From the NCBI GenBank assembly GCA_050293845.1, contig JBNKNM010000007.1:1-64000 (forward strand): a stretch of 64,000 nucleotides of DNA, read 5' to 3'. How positions within the stretch are numbered: position 1 is the first letter of the stretch; every line of letters begins with the position of its first letter. The translations under genes and the position numbers were made by a program. This document shows, one piece after another, positions 50,935-60,887 of the stretch. The stretch comes from Pseudobacteriovorax sp. Lineage in GTDB: Bacteria; Bdellovibrionota_B; Oligoflexia; Oligoflexales; Oligoflexaceae. The notes under the pieces are model-generated. The model worked only from the letters and a program-made list of their open reading frames with translations. It was not told the DNA's origin and did not search any database.

Positions 50935-52314
50935 CTATGCGGTATCGGAATTTTTCTTAGTGACTATCGCTGGAATGGGAATCGCTATTTTACGCCCAGG
51001 ACGCAGTAGCCGTGGGCGGATTTTGGGATTGAGGCGGAGGATTTTCTGCACACTGACGCGATAGTTGCGGGCGATATGGGAGAGGGTTTCTCCTGGTCTT
51101 ATGCGGTGCATTTTCACATCCATGATGCGCAATTTTTCTAGGGATTGCGACACTGCAGCAAATTTCTCAGTATAGCTGATCGGGATACGCAAGGGGTAAG
51201 GCTTACCGCCAATACGGTGTAATGGAGGCGTAATACCCTTGATTAATTCAGGGTTCCAGCGCTTAAGTAGTTTTTTAGGAATGGCAAGTTTTTGGGCGAT
51301 CTCGTCCAAGCGAGCCGGGTGGGGTACCGTAACAGTTGCATGGGGAGTAAAATTATGGATGCTGGGAACAATCTGAAAACCATGCTTTTCCGGCTCTGAA
51401 GCTATAATAAGGGCTGCCAGCATTTTAGGGATATAGTTTTTAGTTTCGGTGCGAATGTACCGTGAGTTGGCAATACTCCAAAAATCTTTTGTCTTAAGTT
51501 TTCTGATGGCACGGCGAATTTTTCCGGGGCCAGCATTATAGGCGGAAATAGCGAGATACCAATCGCCGAATTTGGCGTAGAGATCCTTTAAATATCTGGC
51601 TGCAGCACGGGTAGATTTTACGGGATCGCGGCGTTCGTCAATCCAATAGTTGACGCGTAGCCCGTAGAGTCTTGCAGTTCCTGCCATAAACTGCCAGGTC
51701 CCTGTGGCGCGAGCACGGCTGTAGGCGATATTATTAAAGCCCGATTCGATCATGGCGAGGAACTCTAACTCGCTGGGGAGTCCCTCTTCCTGGAGCAATG
51801 GTATCAGTATCTCGCGGTAGCTAGCCCGGCGAACCATCCATTTCATAAATGTTACTTTGCCACGGCCTTTGAAATAGTGAATCCACTTTTCCACCTTCTC
51901 ATTCATGACTACGGGAAAGTTTGACGAAATATCGGTTGTCTCGCTATGGGCCAAGCGATATCTGGCTTGATGGCGCGAGATATGGGACATAGACCGTTTG
52001 AAGGATCTTCTTTTTGACCAGTCTCGTATCTTTCTTAAATGCCGCTGCGCCTGTCTTCTATATTTTTTTTGGAGAAAAACGCCATAGATGCTGTCGGTGC
52101 AGAAATGATGGTCGCTCTTTTCAAGTTGCTCTTCTTCTAGGGATGACGGTTCGGGCTCTTTGGCAAGCTCTGGTACAGGGGGAGCGAGAGTTTCGATGGC
52201 CACAGGTTCCGGGCCTTGAAGGAGTTTACAGGATGCAAGGATAGATGCCAGAACCAGTAGAGTATACCTAAGCAAATGTAATCTCCAGAAAAGTAGTTCT
52301 TTAAAAGGTATCAT
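50935..52314 (-). CDS. Lytic transglycosylase (SLT + LysM, MltD-like lipoprotein)
   Basis: Lipobox LASC; IESG, GTWQF and AYNAG motifs; C-terminal LysM GETLSHIA. Confidence 0.9.
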   Translation of the reverse strand: MIPFKELLFWRLHLLRYTLLVLASILASCKLLQGPEPVAIETLAPPVPELAKEPEPSSLEEEQLEKSDHHFCTDSIYGVFLQKKYRRQAQRHLRKIRDWSKRRSFKRSMSHISRHQARYRLAHSETTDISSNFPVVMNEKVEKWIHYFKGRGKVTFMKWMVRRASYREILIPLLQEEGLPSELEFLAMIESGFNNIAYSRARATGTWQFMAGTARLYGLRVNYWIDERRDPVKSTRAAARYLKDLYAKFGDWYLAISAYNAGPGKIRRAIRKLKTKDFWSIANSRYIRTETKNYIPKMLAALIIASEPEKHGFQIVPSIHNFTPHATVTVPHPARLDEIAQKLAIPKKLLKRWNPELIKGITPPLHRIGGKPYPLRIPISYTEKFAAVSQSLEKLRIMDVKMHRIRPGETLSHIARNYRVSVQKILRLNPKIRPRLLRPGRKIAIPIPAIVTKKNSDTA

Positions 52315-52346
52315 AATATCATAGAATTAAAAGAGGGGAGTATAGC

Positions 52347-53117
52347 CTATGGCTTTATAGCGCGTCGAAAGATTTCCGCCTTTTGCTTTAAACCCTTGCT
52401 AGTCATGGATTTAAAGTAAATATTGGAATCGTCGTCGGGGTCTTTTGCCTTTTGCTCCGCTAGCTTATCAAAAGCTAAGGCTGCCTTTTTCAAAGCAGCT
52501 TGGCGAACCTTAGGAAACTCTTTATAATTATCGAGTATGCTAATCGCTTTGAAAGCGCAGGCATGATATTTTTCTTGCTTGCAGTAAAAATTCATAATGA
52601 ATTCATTGCTTTTTGCAATGCGTTTTTGGCCTAAGTAGATTTTCTCCTTAGCCTCTTTGGCATATTTGCTTCGAGGGTGGAGGGTTAATAGGTTCTGCCA
52701 CTCCTGTATCGCTCTGGCTGTAAAATCCTGCTCCCTGTCGACTTCCTCAGGAGCTTCCACCCAATAGGATTGACCGATACGAAATCGGGCGAAATCAATA
52801 TTCTCGTGGCGTGGGTGAAGTTTAATGAATTGAGAGTAGGCAACAGCTGCCTCCTGATAATTGGCTAACTCAAAATGGGCATTTGCCGTATACAGATCTG
52901 CTTTTGCGGAGTAAGCACTGTAGGGAAATCGGGACTTAAACTGGCCCAGTTTTTGAAGGGCGATGTCATATAGTCCATCATTATAAGGCTTAACTGCCGC
53001 TGCGAAGACGTCTGCGGGATCTTCGGGGTTAAAGGATTTTTCATTGCAAGATACTAATATAACAGAAATTATAAGCGCAGAGGCCATAAAGTTTGCGAAC
53101 TTTTTCAGTTCTGGCAT
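52347..53117 (-). CDS. bamD: Outer membrane protein assembly lipoprotein BamD
   Basis: Lipobox LVSC; TPR; FPYS, HPRH and DREQ motifs. Confidence 0.88.
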   Translation of the reverse strand: MPELKKFANFMASALIISVILVSCNEKSFNPEDPADVFAAAVKPYNDGLYDIALQKLGQFKSRFPYSAYSAKADLYTANAHFELANYQEAAVAYSQFIKLHPRHENIDFARFRIGQSYWVEAPEEVDREQDFTARAIQEWQNLLTLHPRSKYAKEAKEKIYLGQKRIAKSNEFIMNFYCKQEKYHACAFKAISILDNYKEFPKVRQAALKKAALAFDKLAEQKAKDPDDDSNIYFKSMTSKGLKQKAEIFRRAIKP

Positions 53118-53278
53118 AGTTGGTCCTTCAATTATTACAAATTATTCCGATCAAAAACTAAGAGCTGCGCTTCCTCATTCACTCCGAAAGGGTGAGACTG
53201 CTACTCCCATCTCACTTTTTACAAGTTGATGTGCTATTTGTCAGCTATAGTTATAATACAACGGACAGAAAAAGAGAT

Positions 53279-54190
53279 ATGACAAAAAAACATCGTACAA
53301 TCAGCTTTCACGGAATACCCCGCCCGCAACTAAAGTGGTTGCTAGGGACTGCTGTTCTCTCTGTCATATTACATCTTATTTCTTATATTAACCTGGAACA
53401 TTTTAACGGGAGTGTAAAAAGATCCTCTCTAGCCGGAAAGAGTAATGTTAAAATTTCCGTAGTAAAAAAGCCGAAAAAAAAGCCGCTACAAAAAGATTTC
53501 AAGGAGAAAGCGATTCTTGAAACTAAGTTAGAGCCAACGGCCAAGCCTGCTGAAGCTAGGTTCCACGGAGCCCAGGACCACATTGCTAAAAAAGAGACCA
53601 AAACAAGACATCAACCGATGCTCAATGACCTAGACCCCGGTGCAGGGGGTGCCCATAATAAAAGCCGGAGTGCTCAAACACGTTCTTCCCCTAAACCAGA
53701 GAAACCGCAAGCTAAAACGCGGCAGTTGTTTGGTGAAGGTCCTGTTGGTGTGCAAAAAAAGAAATCAAAGTATCAATCATTGCTGCCATCTGCTACAGAC
53801 TTAGCAAAGCAGGTGCAAGCAGGTTATCAAGACTATGTGGACGATGAAGTTGAAATCGGCGAGCGCGTTGATTTTAATACCACAAGTTATCGTTACATTG
53901 GGTATTTTACTAATTTACGTAAGGGGTTTAGTCAGACCTGGGTTTACCCATCAGAAGCTGTGAAGCGGGGCATACAGGGTCAGGTACGCATTGAATTTAC
54001 CATTGAACGCGACGGTCAACTGCGTAGAGTTAAAATTCTCGAAACTTCGGGTCATAAAATATTAGATGATGCAGTGGTAGATGCTATTAAACTCTCATCT
54101 CCCTACCCCCCTTTGCCTGAGGATCACGAAAAAGATCGTCTTACCGTTGTAGCAAACTTTGTCTATACATTGCGTGGCTATGCTTTTTAG
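53279..54190 (+). CDS. TonB/TolA-family energy transducer
   Basis: Single TM (SVILH), Lys/Pro-rich linker and C-terminal TonB domain (YPSEA..GIQGQV, SGHKILD); start uncertain. Confidence 0.8.
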   Translation: MTKKHRTISFHGIPRPQLKWLLGTAVLSVILHLISYINLEHFNGSVKRSSLAGKSNVKISVVKKPKKKPLQKDFKEKAILETKLEPTAKPAEARFHGAQDHIAKKETKTRHQPMLNDLDPGAGGAHNKSRSAQTRSSPKPEKPQAKTRQLFGEGPVGVQKKKSKYQSLLPSATDLAKQVQAGYQDYVDDEVEIGERVDFNTTSYRYIGYFTNLRKGFSQTWVYPSEAVKRGIQGQVRIEFTIERDGQLRRVKILETSGHKILDDAVVDAIKLSSPYPPLPEDHEKDRLTVVANFVYTLRGYAF

Positions 54191-54231
54191 AGAGATCAGA
54201 GAAGCGGGATTTTTATGGTATAATCAGTTCT

Positions 54232-55941
54232 ATGAAAATCTCCTTGTATAGTTTCAAACACCTAATCATCGCTGTAGCTATGCTGTTGCTCTTGGCAAGC
54301 GGAGCCACTATCGCCCATGTTCTGAAAATTGCCGATCAGGTGGTTGATAGCGCTGTTATAGAGAATCCGAAAATATCCATTTTAGATCGATATTCTTTAG
54401 AGATAGAAGGTGCGAGGATTCCTGTAAAACTTTCGGCTGTACCGCCTTTAGTTTGGCAAGCCTTCATAAGTGCCGAAGATAGAAGTTTTTTTCATCACTG
54501 GGGCTTTTCACCCTCTGGTATTCTACGGGCTCTGTTTAGGAATATTTGGGGAGGGAGATACCGGGAAGGTGGTTCGACTATTACCCAGCAGGTCATCAAG
54601 TTGCGTTTCTTGGGCTCAAAAAAGACGATAGCTAGAAAAATTAAAGAACTGGTATACGCGTTTAGTTTGGAACAGAAAATCTCAAAAGAGCGTATATTAG
54701 AAATGTATTTGAATGAATTATACTTTGGCTCGGGATATTATGGCCTTCGCGAAGCAGCTCTCGGGTATTTTGCAAAACGACCTAAGAACCTTTCCCTTCG
54801 CGAAACATCCATCCTCGCTGCTATGATAAAAGCTCCAGCTAACTATGACCTTGATACAGAAAAAGGCTTAAAGAGGGCTCTTGATCGCGCGGATTATGTC
54901 TTAAGGCGCATGTATGAAGATGGGTTCATTACCGGTAAGCAAGCCCGCACAGCCCGCCGTCAACGATTGCAACTTACTACAAGGAAAGTGAATGTTTTCC
55001 GTGACTCCATCCGCTATGTGATGTCGAAGCCTGGAGTGAAATTAGTACAAAACAAAACAATTAAGACTACCCTTGATAGGAAATTTATCCTGCAGCTTGC
55101 GGATAAAGTTGAATTGTTAAAGCCACGGTTGGCAGCGAATCAATTAGCCGTGGTGGCAGTAGATTTGCAAACGGCAGGCTTGAGAGCGATTATTGGTAGT
55201 AAGGATCAGAGCTTATCGGAATTTAATCGAGCTGTTCATACGCAAAGGCCCATTGGTAAAATGATTTTACCAATTATAACGGCGATAGCTTTGGAGCAAG
55301 GTATTGGTTTGGGTGAAAGAATTGATCGCTCCCCTTTCCGCTTCTTCGAACTTATTGCCAAAAATAGTCCTTACGAATACTCCCCTCTACTAGCCCAAAT
55401 AGGGCTAGGGACCCTGCGCGAGTACTGGAAGCATTTACGCATTGAGCAGGACGTGACTGATTTTAGTGTTCTGCTAGGACGCATAAAATTAAGTTTGCTA
55501 GATCTTGTGAAACTATACTTTTCTCTATATCAGGGGGGAGCGTTAGACAGGGTGCATACATTTTATGGGGAAGAGGTAACTACCAATAAAAAAGTGTTTC
55601 GCCCAGCAACTATGTTGGCATTAAGTTTAGCAAAAAGCTCACTGCAGCCCGAGGGCTATATACAGTTTGAATCCTACACAAGCAAGAATTATTGGATGGT
55701 TACACGCTGGCGCGATTGCCTTTTAGGAATATGGGTGGGATCGGAAAATGGAAAAGGCCATGTTCCCAAGGAAGTCCCTATGATGATTCAAAAAGAATTT
55801 CTTTCAAAAGATAGTACCATTGCGCAAAAAGCAAAGTTCAACTTACACTTTCACTGGTTTAAAGGTCTTAACCTAGGGCGTGAAGTATTTTTACCACATA
55901 TAGCGCAAGGTACCGGGGCATTGTTACCCGCACGATTTTAA
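54232..55941 (+). CDS. Class A PBP-like transglycosylase with a degenerate transpeptidase domain
   Basis: EDRSFFHHWG, GGSTITQQ, RKIKE and ILEMYLN motifs intact; no SxxK at the expected position. Confidence 0.8.
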   Translation: MKISLYSFKHLIIAVAMLLLLASGATIAHVLKIADQVVDSAVIENPKISILDRYSLEIEGARIPVKLSAVPPLVWQAFISAEDRSFFHHWGFSPSGILRALFRNIWGGRYREGGSTITQQVIKLRFLGSKKTIARKIKELVYAFSLEQKISKERILEMYLNELYFGSGYYGLREAALGYFAKRPKNLSLRETSILAAMIKAPANYDLDTEKGLKRALDRADYVLRRMYEDGFITGKQARTARRQRLQLTTRKVNVFRDSIRYVMSKPGVKLVQNKTIKTTLDRKFILQLADKVELLKPRLAANQLAVVAVDLQTAGLRAIIGSKDQSLSEFNRAVHTQRPIGKMILPIITAIALEQGIGLGERIDRSPFRFFELIAKNSPYEYSPLLAQIGLGTLREYWKHLRIEQDVTDFSVLLGRIKLSLLDLVKLYFSLYQGGALDRVHTFYGEEVTTNKKVFRPATMLALSLAKSSLQPEGYIQFESYTSKNYWMVTRWRDCLLGIWVGSENGKGHVPKEVPMMIQKEFLSKDSTIAQKAKFNLHFHWFKGLNLGREVFLPHIAQGTGALLPARF

Positions 55942-56156
55942 GGTTTTCGGGGAAGCTGCTACTGATATTATAAAAGGTTATCGTCTCGGATCAAAAAAAT
56001 AGTTAAATGTACTAAAGTACAAGCTATTGAAGATAAAGTAATTTTACTACAATTTTAATAAAATTATCATAACCCCATTCTTTTGCTTCAAAAGTAGGTT
56101 TAAAACGGCTAATAATAGAGCTTACTGGAAAACTTTGCTTATCTAAGGGGCTGCCA

Positions 56157-56564
56157 ATGACAGATCCAAAAAAAGTGTTACCCAAAGTAATCCCAAATAA
56201 AATTGGTGTAGAAACGAAAAAATTATCTATAGATCACGCGGTCATTGAGATGCTACGCTCATTAGAACTACCCGATAACACGACGGATTTCAGCGAGTCG
56301 CTAGCTATTTACGCGGAAAAGCTAGCCTTTTCTTTAAAGGAAGCTCATCAATCTCTTATAGAAAAAAATGAGGCTAGTTTAGAAGCTGCGGCTCTAAAGC
56401 TTTCACAACATGCTCTTAGGATTGGTGCCGTTAAGATGTTAAGATCTTCCTATGAGCTGCAGAATGTCGCTAGGTGCTGCGACTTTCAAGAGGCAGCAGC
56501 CATTGTAGAAGGGCTGCAGATAGAGTATCTTAGAGTACGCCAGGATCTAGAAAATGTCGTATGA
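56157..56564 (+). CDS. Hpt-like four-helix protein lacking the canonical phosphoacceptor His
   Basis: AAALKLSQHALRIGA aligns by eye to AAHxLKGSSxxIGA. Confidence 0.6.
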   Translation: MTDPKKVLPKVIPNKIGVETKKLSIDHAVIEMLRSLELPDNTTDFSESLAIYAEKLAFSLKEAHQSLIEKNEASLEAAALKLSQHALRIGAVKMLRSSYELQNVARCCDFQEAAAIVEGLQIEYLRVRQDLENVV

Positions 56565-56576
56565 TTAGGAACGCAC

Positions 56577-58181
56577 TTGTCCCTTAAAAAATCTAGCTTC
56601 TTATTTTCTTTTGGAACGTTATTCTCCCGTCTATCAGGGTTGGTACGCGAGGCGGTGTTAGCTAATGTCTTTGGTGCAGGGCATTTGATGGACGCCTTTA
56701 ATATCGCCTTTCGCATCCCTAATCTATTTCGCGATATGCTAGCAGAGGGCGCTTTGGGAAGCGCCTTTACAAAAGTATACTCTGAGATCAGCGAAGGCGA
56801 TCCGGAGCAGGCAAGGTTAGTGTTACTTAAAAGTCTCCAAGCAGCTCTTCTCATTCTGACAATTATTATTACCTTGGGTATTCTATTAGCTCCACAGTTG
56901 GTAGCTATTATGAGCGTCAGTGCCAAGGCAGATTTTCTACAGATTCAGCGATCAGCTGTCGGTGTAACGCGCATCCTATTTCCATTCTTGGGTATCGCCA
57001 GCTTGAATGCGATTTTGTCAGGAGTGTTATATCAACGAGGATCGTTTTTTTCTTCGGCTGTATCGCCCATATTAGGGAATCTAGGATACATTGTTGGAGC
57101 ATTGTTATTAGGCGAACTGTTTTCACAATACTATTGGTTTCAGGATTGGGGAGATCCTCAAGTCGTAGGCTTAGCGTTAGGAGTCATGGGGGGGGCTCTT
57201 GTTCAGCTTGCCGGTATTGCCTGGCTTTGCCGAACGGCTTTACACTGGAACATGAAGGAGTGGCTGGCTCCCATCTGGAATCAAGAGGTTAAAAAGGTTT
57301 TTCGTTTAAGCCTTCCGATGATGTTGGCTGCTTCTGTGGCTCCGATTAATGCCATTATCAATACAAACTTTGCAACCAGTTTGGGCGAGGGGGCTGTGTC
57401 TTGGCTTAATTATGGACTAAGACTGATGCAGCTTCCTGTGGCTTTATTCGGTGTTGCTGTAGGCGTTGTGGCCTTACCGGCACTGACCCGTACCATTACT
57501 AAAAACAATCATGTTGTCGATAGATCTGCCATTAGTCAGCTTGAGGGAGCTTTGGGCTTAATATTTACGTTAATGGGAGCCTGTTTTTGCTTTTACTTTG
57601 TGAATCATACCGACGTGATTGCATTGCTGTTTGAGCATGGCAGCTTTACTGCTATCGATAGTAAACAAGCGGGACGAGCATTATGGGGATATAGCTTTGG
57701 TATGATCGCCTATGGCATTATCAAGGTTCAGACTTCATTTTATTATGCCATTGAAAAAACATCCTACCCCTTGAAAGTTTCGTTCCTCAGTATTTTCTTT
57801 GTTTTTGTGGGAAGCTATCTTCTCATTGGACCTTATCAGCACATGGGGCTGGCTCTTTCCGCTTCCATCTCCTTATCGGTGAATGCATCGCTACTATTGC
57901 TGGGGACTTTAATACCCTATGGCAAATTTTTTGACTTTAAAAGAATCATGGGCACTTTGGGGCTAGCGGTGCTATTTGGTATATTATCGATTCCCTTGCA
58001 GCGCTATGGTAATGCCGTTGTATCGGTGTGGGGAGAAGGCTTATCTATGAAAGCCCAGATAGTTTTTCGGCTGATGAGTTCAGGAATGGTTTTGATAATT
58101 ATTCTTGTTGGTTTTTCTTGCCTATTACAAAAAATGAGTCCCGTCGCGCTGCTGCGTCAGCTGCTAAAATTTCGCAAATAA
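56577..58181 (+). CDS. murJ: Lipid II flippase MurJ
   Basis: SRLSGLVRE, AFRIPNLFR, AEGAL and RLMQLP motifs. Confidence 0.95.
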   Translation: MSLKKSSFLFSFGTLFSRLSGLVREAVLANVFGAGHLMDAFNIAFRIPNLFRDMLAEGALGSAFTKVYSEISEGDPEQARLVLLKSLQAALLILTIIITLGILLAPQLVAIMSVSAKADFLQIQRSAVGVTRILFPFLGIASLNAILSGVLYQRGSFFSSAVSPILGNLGYIVGALLLGELFSQYYWFQDWGDPQVVGLALGVMGGALVQLAGIAWLCRTALHWNMKEWLAPIWNQEVKKVFRLSLPMMLAASVAPINAIINTNFATSLGEGAVSWLNYGLRLMQLPVALFGVAVGVVALPALTRTITKNNHVVDRSAISQLEGALGLIFTLMGACFCFYFVNHTDVIALLFEHGSFTAIDSKQAGRALWGYSFGMIAYGIIKVQTSFYYAIEKTSYPLKVSFLSIFFVFVGSYLLIGPYQHMGLALSASISLSVNASLLLLGTLIPYGKFFDFKRIMGTLGLAVLFGILSIPLQRYGNAVVSVWGEGLSMKAQIVFRLMSSGMVLIIILVGFSCLLQKMSPVALLRQLLKFRK

Positions 58182-59497
58182 TCATTCATCATAGCCTGGT
58201 AAGACTTTGTAAAGGTTGTTTTATCGACAGCGACGGTAAAACTTTGCTGAGTCCTTGCGACAACTCCAATGTCTTTTAACAGTATCCATTGGGAGTCTCC
58301 TGAGGTCATTTTCTTGTCCTGGAGAATGAACCTATACACTTGTTCTATGAAATCGTGACTAGAAAGATTGGAAACCCCGATGGTTTTCTGAAGCAGACTA
58401 AGAGGAGGAATAACATGAAATTTTTTGAGAAAATTCAGGCTTTGTTCCAAGCGAGGGGCTGTGAGTAAACCCATTGTATGGCTAAGGTAGAGAGCCATAA
58501 CGAGGCCTAGGCCGACCGCTTCACCGTGCAGTAAGATCTGTTGTCCATGGGCATGGGAGATACTTTCTAAAGCGTGGGCTAAGGTATGGCCCAGGTTTAG
58601 GGTCGCCCTTTCTCCTTGCTCACCAGGGTCCTTGGCGACAATTCGGGCTTTGACACCGATGATATTTGGTAAGAACTTTGGCAGTTGCTTGCTGTTGTCT
58701 AGTTTGTCTAAAACTGTAAACAGCTCCTTATCGAGGAAGGCATGTTTCAAGCACTCAGCGGTTCCAGCGCGCACTTCCCGAGGAGGCAAAGTTTGCAGCC
58801 AGCTGGGGTAGATGAGTACCTGCTGGGGAAATGCGAAAAGCCCCACTTGATTTTTTCCGAATGGTGGAAAATTAACCCCTGTTTTCCCCCCTATGCAGGC
58901 GTCAGCCATGGAAAGCAGTGTGGAAGGAACAAGGATAAACGGAATCTGCTTTAAAGCGCAAGCAAAGGCGGCTGTGTCGCACAGGACTCCCCCACCGATG
59001 ATATATATGGGGCTTTTAGGCGGAATGGTTTCTAGGAACTGAGCAATTTTGCCGACTGATGAAAGGGTTTTGCTAGCTTCATCCAGGGCTAGAATAAGGC
59101 GATTTTGCTGGGGCTCTATGGACCATAATGCGGCAACATTTTGGTCGATAATGCAGTATTCATGAGTGATGCGGCAATGACCGTTAACCAGGTCGATATT
59201 GTAAGAACTTTGCAGTTCTTGTGTTTTGCGAGGTAAGGTGGCTACGCCCCTTTTGTAGATGGTGGCGGCCATGCTTAGTGCCGGTAATGGTCCGACCTCA
59301 TGCATGTCCCAGCTAATAAAACGATGTAAGTTTTTATGAAAAGCTTTTTTAAGGATATCAATGGTCCCAGGAGGCCAGGCAAGAGCTGCATCTATGGGGT
59401 CTTGTTCTAGGGGGTCTGGCAATGACCAAATATAAGTTTCCTGAGGGGTTATGGGAGGCAAAGTCATGGACCAGGTAACATTTATTGTGGTTTGCAT
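58157..59497 (-). CDS. aroB: 3-dehydroquinate synthase with N-terminal extension
   Basis: GGGVLCD, DACIGGKTGVN, LNLGHTLAH and HGEAV motifs. Confidence 0.9.
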   Translation of the reverse strand: MQTTINVTWSMTLPPITPQETYIWSLPDPLEQDPIDAALAWPPGTIDILKKAFHKNLHRFISWDMHEVGPLPALSMAATIYKRGVATLPRKTQELQSSYNIDLVNGHCRITHEYCIIDQNVAALWSIEPQQNRLILALDEASKTLSSVGKIAQFLETIPPKSPIYIIGGGVLCDTAAFACALKQIPFILVPSTLLSMADACIGGKTGVNFPPFGKNQVGLFAFPQQVLIYPSWLQTLPPREVRAGTAECLKHAFLDKELFTVLDKLDNSKQLPKFLPNIIGVKARIVAKDPGEQGERATLNLGHTLAHALESISHAHGQQILLHGEAVGLGLVMALYLSHTMGLLTAPRLEQSLNFLKKFHVIPPLSLLQKTIGVSNLSSHDFIEQVYRFILQDKKMTSGDSQWILLKDIGVVARTQQSFTVAVDKTTFTKSYQAMMNDYLRNFSS

Positions 59498-59571
59498 GAA
59501 AACTCCTAGGTAAAACTTGGTAAAACAAAAGGGGCAAAATTATCCTGGATGCGGGTTACCGCGAATTCCCA

Positions 59572-59598
59572 TAAAGATCATTAGCAAATTGCCGATGC
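59572..59598 (+). promoter_or_regulatory. Putative sigma28-type promoter of the receiver-domain gene
   Basis: TAAA-GATCATTAGCAAATT(15)-GCCGATGC, near-consensus. Confidence 0.65.
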
Positions 59599-59625
59599 GA
59601 TAGAAAGTTTCAAACATTAATACGG

Positions 59626-60153
59626 TTGCAAATGTCAAGAAAACTAACACAAAATAAATCATCAAGATCGCTTTCACAGGCTATTAATGACTTGCAGCGA
59701 GATAAAATAGCATGCCAAAAGGTAGTGAATTTAAGCCAATACCGTGAAGCAAGAGCCTATCAAAAAGCATACAGTATCCTTGTGGTCGATGCCGATGAAG
59801 TTTTCCGCAATGCCGTCAATAGAAGCCTGGATTCAGATGGATACGATGTGTATGTAGCAGCTGATGCCATGGAGCTATCTGTTGCTATGGAGCGATGTCG
59901 CCTCGATATTATTATGCTAAGTGTTGACATTCCTTGGGTTAATGGCTTCGAGTTGTGTGAAATTCTAAAAGGACATCCTAGTACCAAGGAAATTCCTGTG
60001 ATACTTTTGGGCGCTAAGGGAGAAGCCTACGGTCCAGAATTAGTCAGTCAGTCGGGATGTGACTGGTTCTTAGGTAAACCTTTCGAAAACGATACCCTCA
60101 CCAAGGCTCTTGATGAACTGTTAGGAAGTAAAAAAAGATTTCACAAGTCTTGA
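59626..60153 (+). CDS. Single-domain response regulator, atypical receiver
   Basis: ILVVDAD, IIMLSVDIP.VNG, IPVILLG and KPF motifs; Ser at the phosphoacceptor Asp position. Confidence 0.8.
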   Translation: MQMSRKLTQNKSSRSLSQAINDLQRDKIACQKVVNLSQYREARAYQKAYSILVVDADEVFRNAVNRSLDSDGYDVYVAADAMELSVAMERCRLDIIMLSVDIPWVNGFELCEILKGHPSTKEIPVILLGAKGEAYGPELVSQSGCDWFLGKPFENDTLTKALDELLGSKKRFHKS

Positions 60154-60195
60154 CATCAAAAACAGTTCGTTGTAACTATTTACTCCACTTGTTGA

Positions 60196-60271
60196 TCCTC
60201 AGTAGCTCAGTTGGTAGAGCAGGTGACTGTTAATCACCGGGTCGGCGGTTCGAGCCCGTCCTGAGGAGCCA
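60196..60271 (+). tRNA. tRNA-Asn (GTT)
   Basis: 76 nt cloverleaf: TCCTCAG/CTGAGGA acceptor stem, GGTGA-CTGTTAA-TCACC anticodon arm, GGTTCGAG T-loop, encoded CCA. Confidence 0.97.
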
Positions 60272-60614
60272 TCTTTACTCTTAAACGAAATTTTCTCCTC
60301 CCATTCTGGGGAAAAGTCGAGTCCTTCGCATAGAATCTTTACTCTGTAGTCTTTTAGTACAATAACTTGTTGAAAAAGTTTTTCGGTTACATTTCTACGT
60401 TCAGTACCATGAGTGATTCGAATTTATCCAAATACTGCTTTGCCGCTGTTCCTATACTTTTCAAACTAATTGAACATTGTGAATGATGTCTTGGCGAGCC
60501 ATTAAGTTGTAACCTCTTTTCTTATGGTCACAATAATCCCCTTAAATATATCGACCTTAATGATACAAACCCTATAGATACTTTAAAAGGGGCATTAATT
60601 TCTTGGGCTAAGTT

Positions 60615-60887
60615 CTAGTGGCTATTTTCCAACTTTGCACTATTGAGGATAGCGGTATAACCATTAATTGGGTCACCATTAACGATATAGGTAGCGCGCT
60701 TTTCACAGCCGCTGGCTCCGAAAGTCGCTTGAGAGCTGCCATAGGCAGCGCCCAATTTAACAATCTGTATTTTATTCTTGGGGCAATTTAGATCGAATTC
60801 TGCACGGTTTAGCACTGTATTTGATTGGCCTTGAGTAGTGGCGCATGAAACACTGATTAAGCATGACAGTAAAAAGATAACTCGCAT
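60615..60887 (-). CDS. Small Cys-containing lipoprotein (90 aa)
   Basis: ATG 60887 after AGGAG; lipobox ISVSC; RAEFDLNC...GASGC. Confidence 0.75.
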   Translation of the reverse strand: MRVIFLLSCLISVSCATTQGQSNTVLNRAEFDLNCPKNKIQIVKLGAAYGSSQATFGASGCEKRATYIVNGDPINGYTAILNSAKLENSH

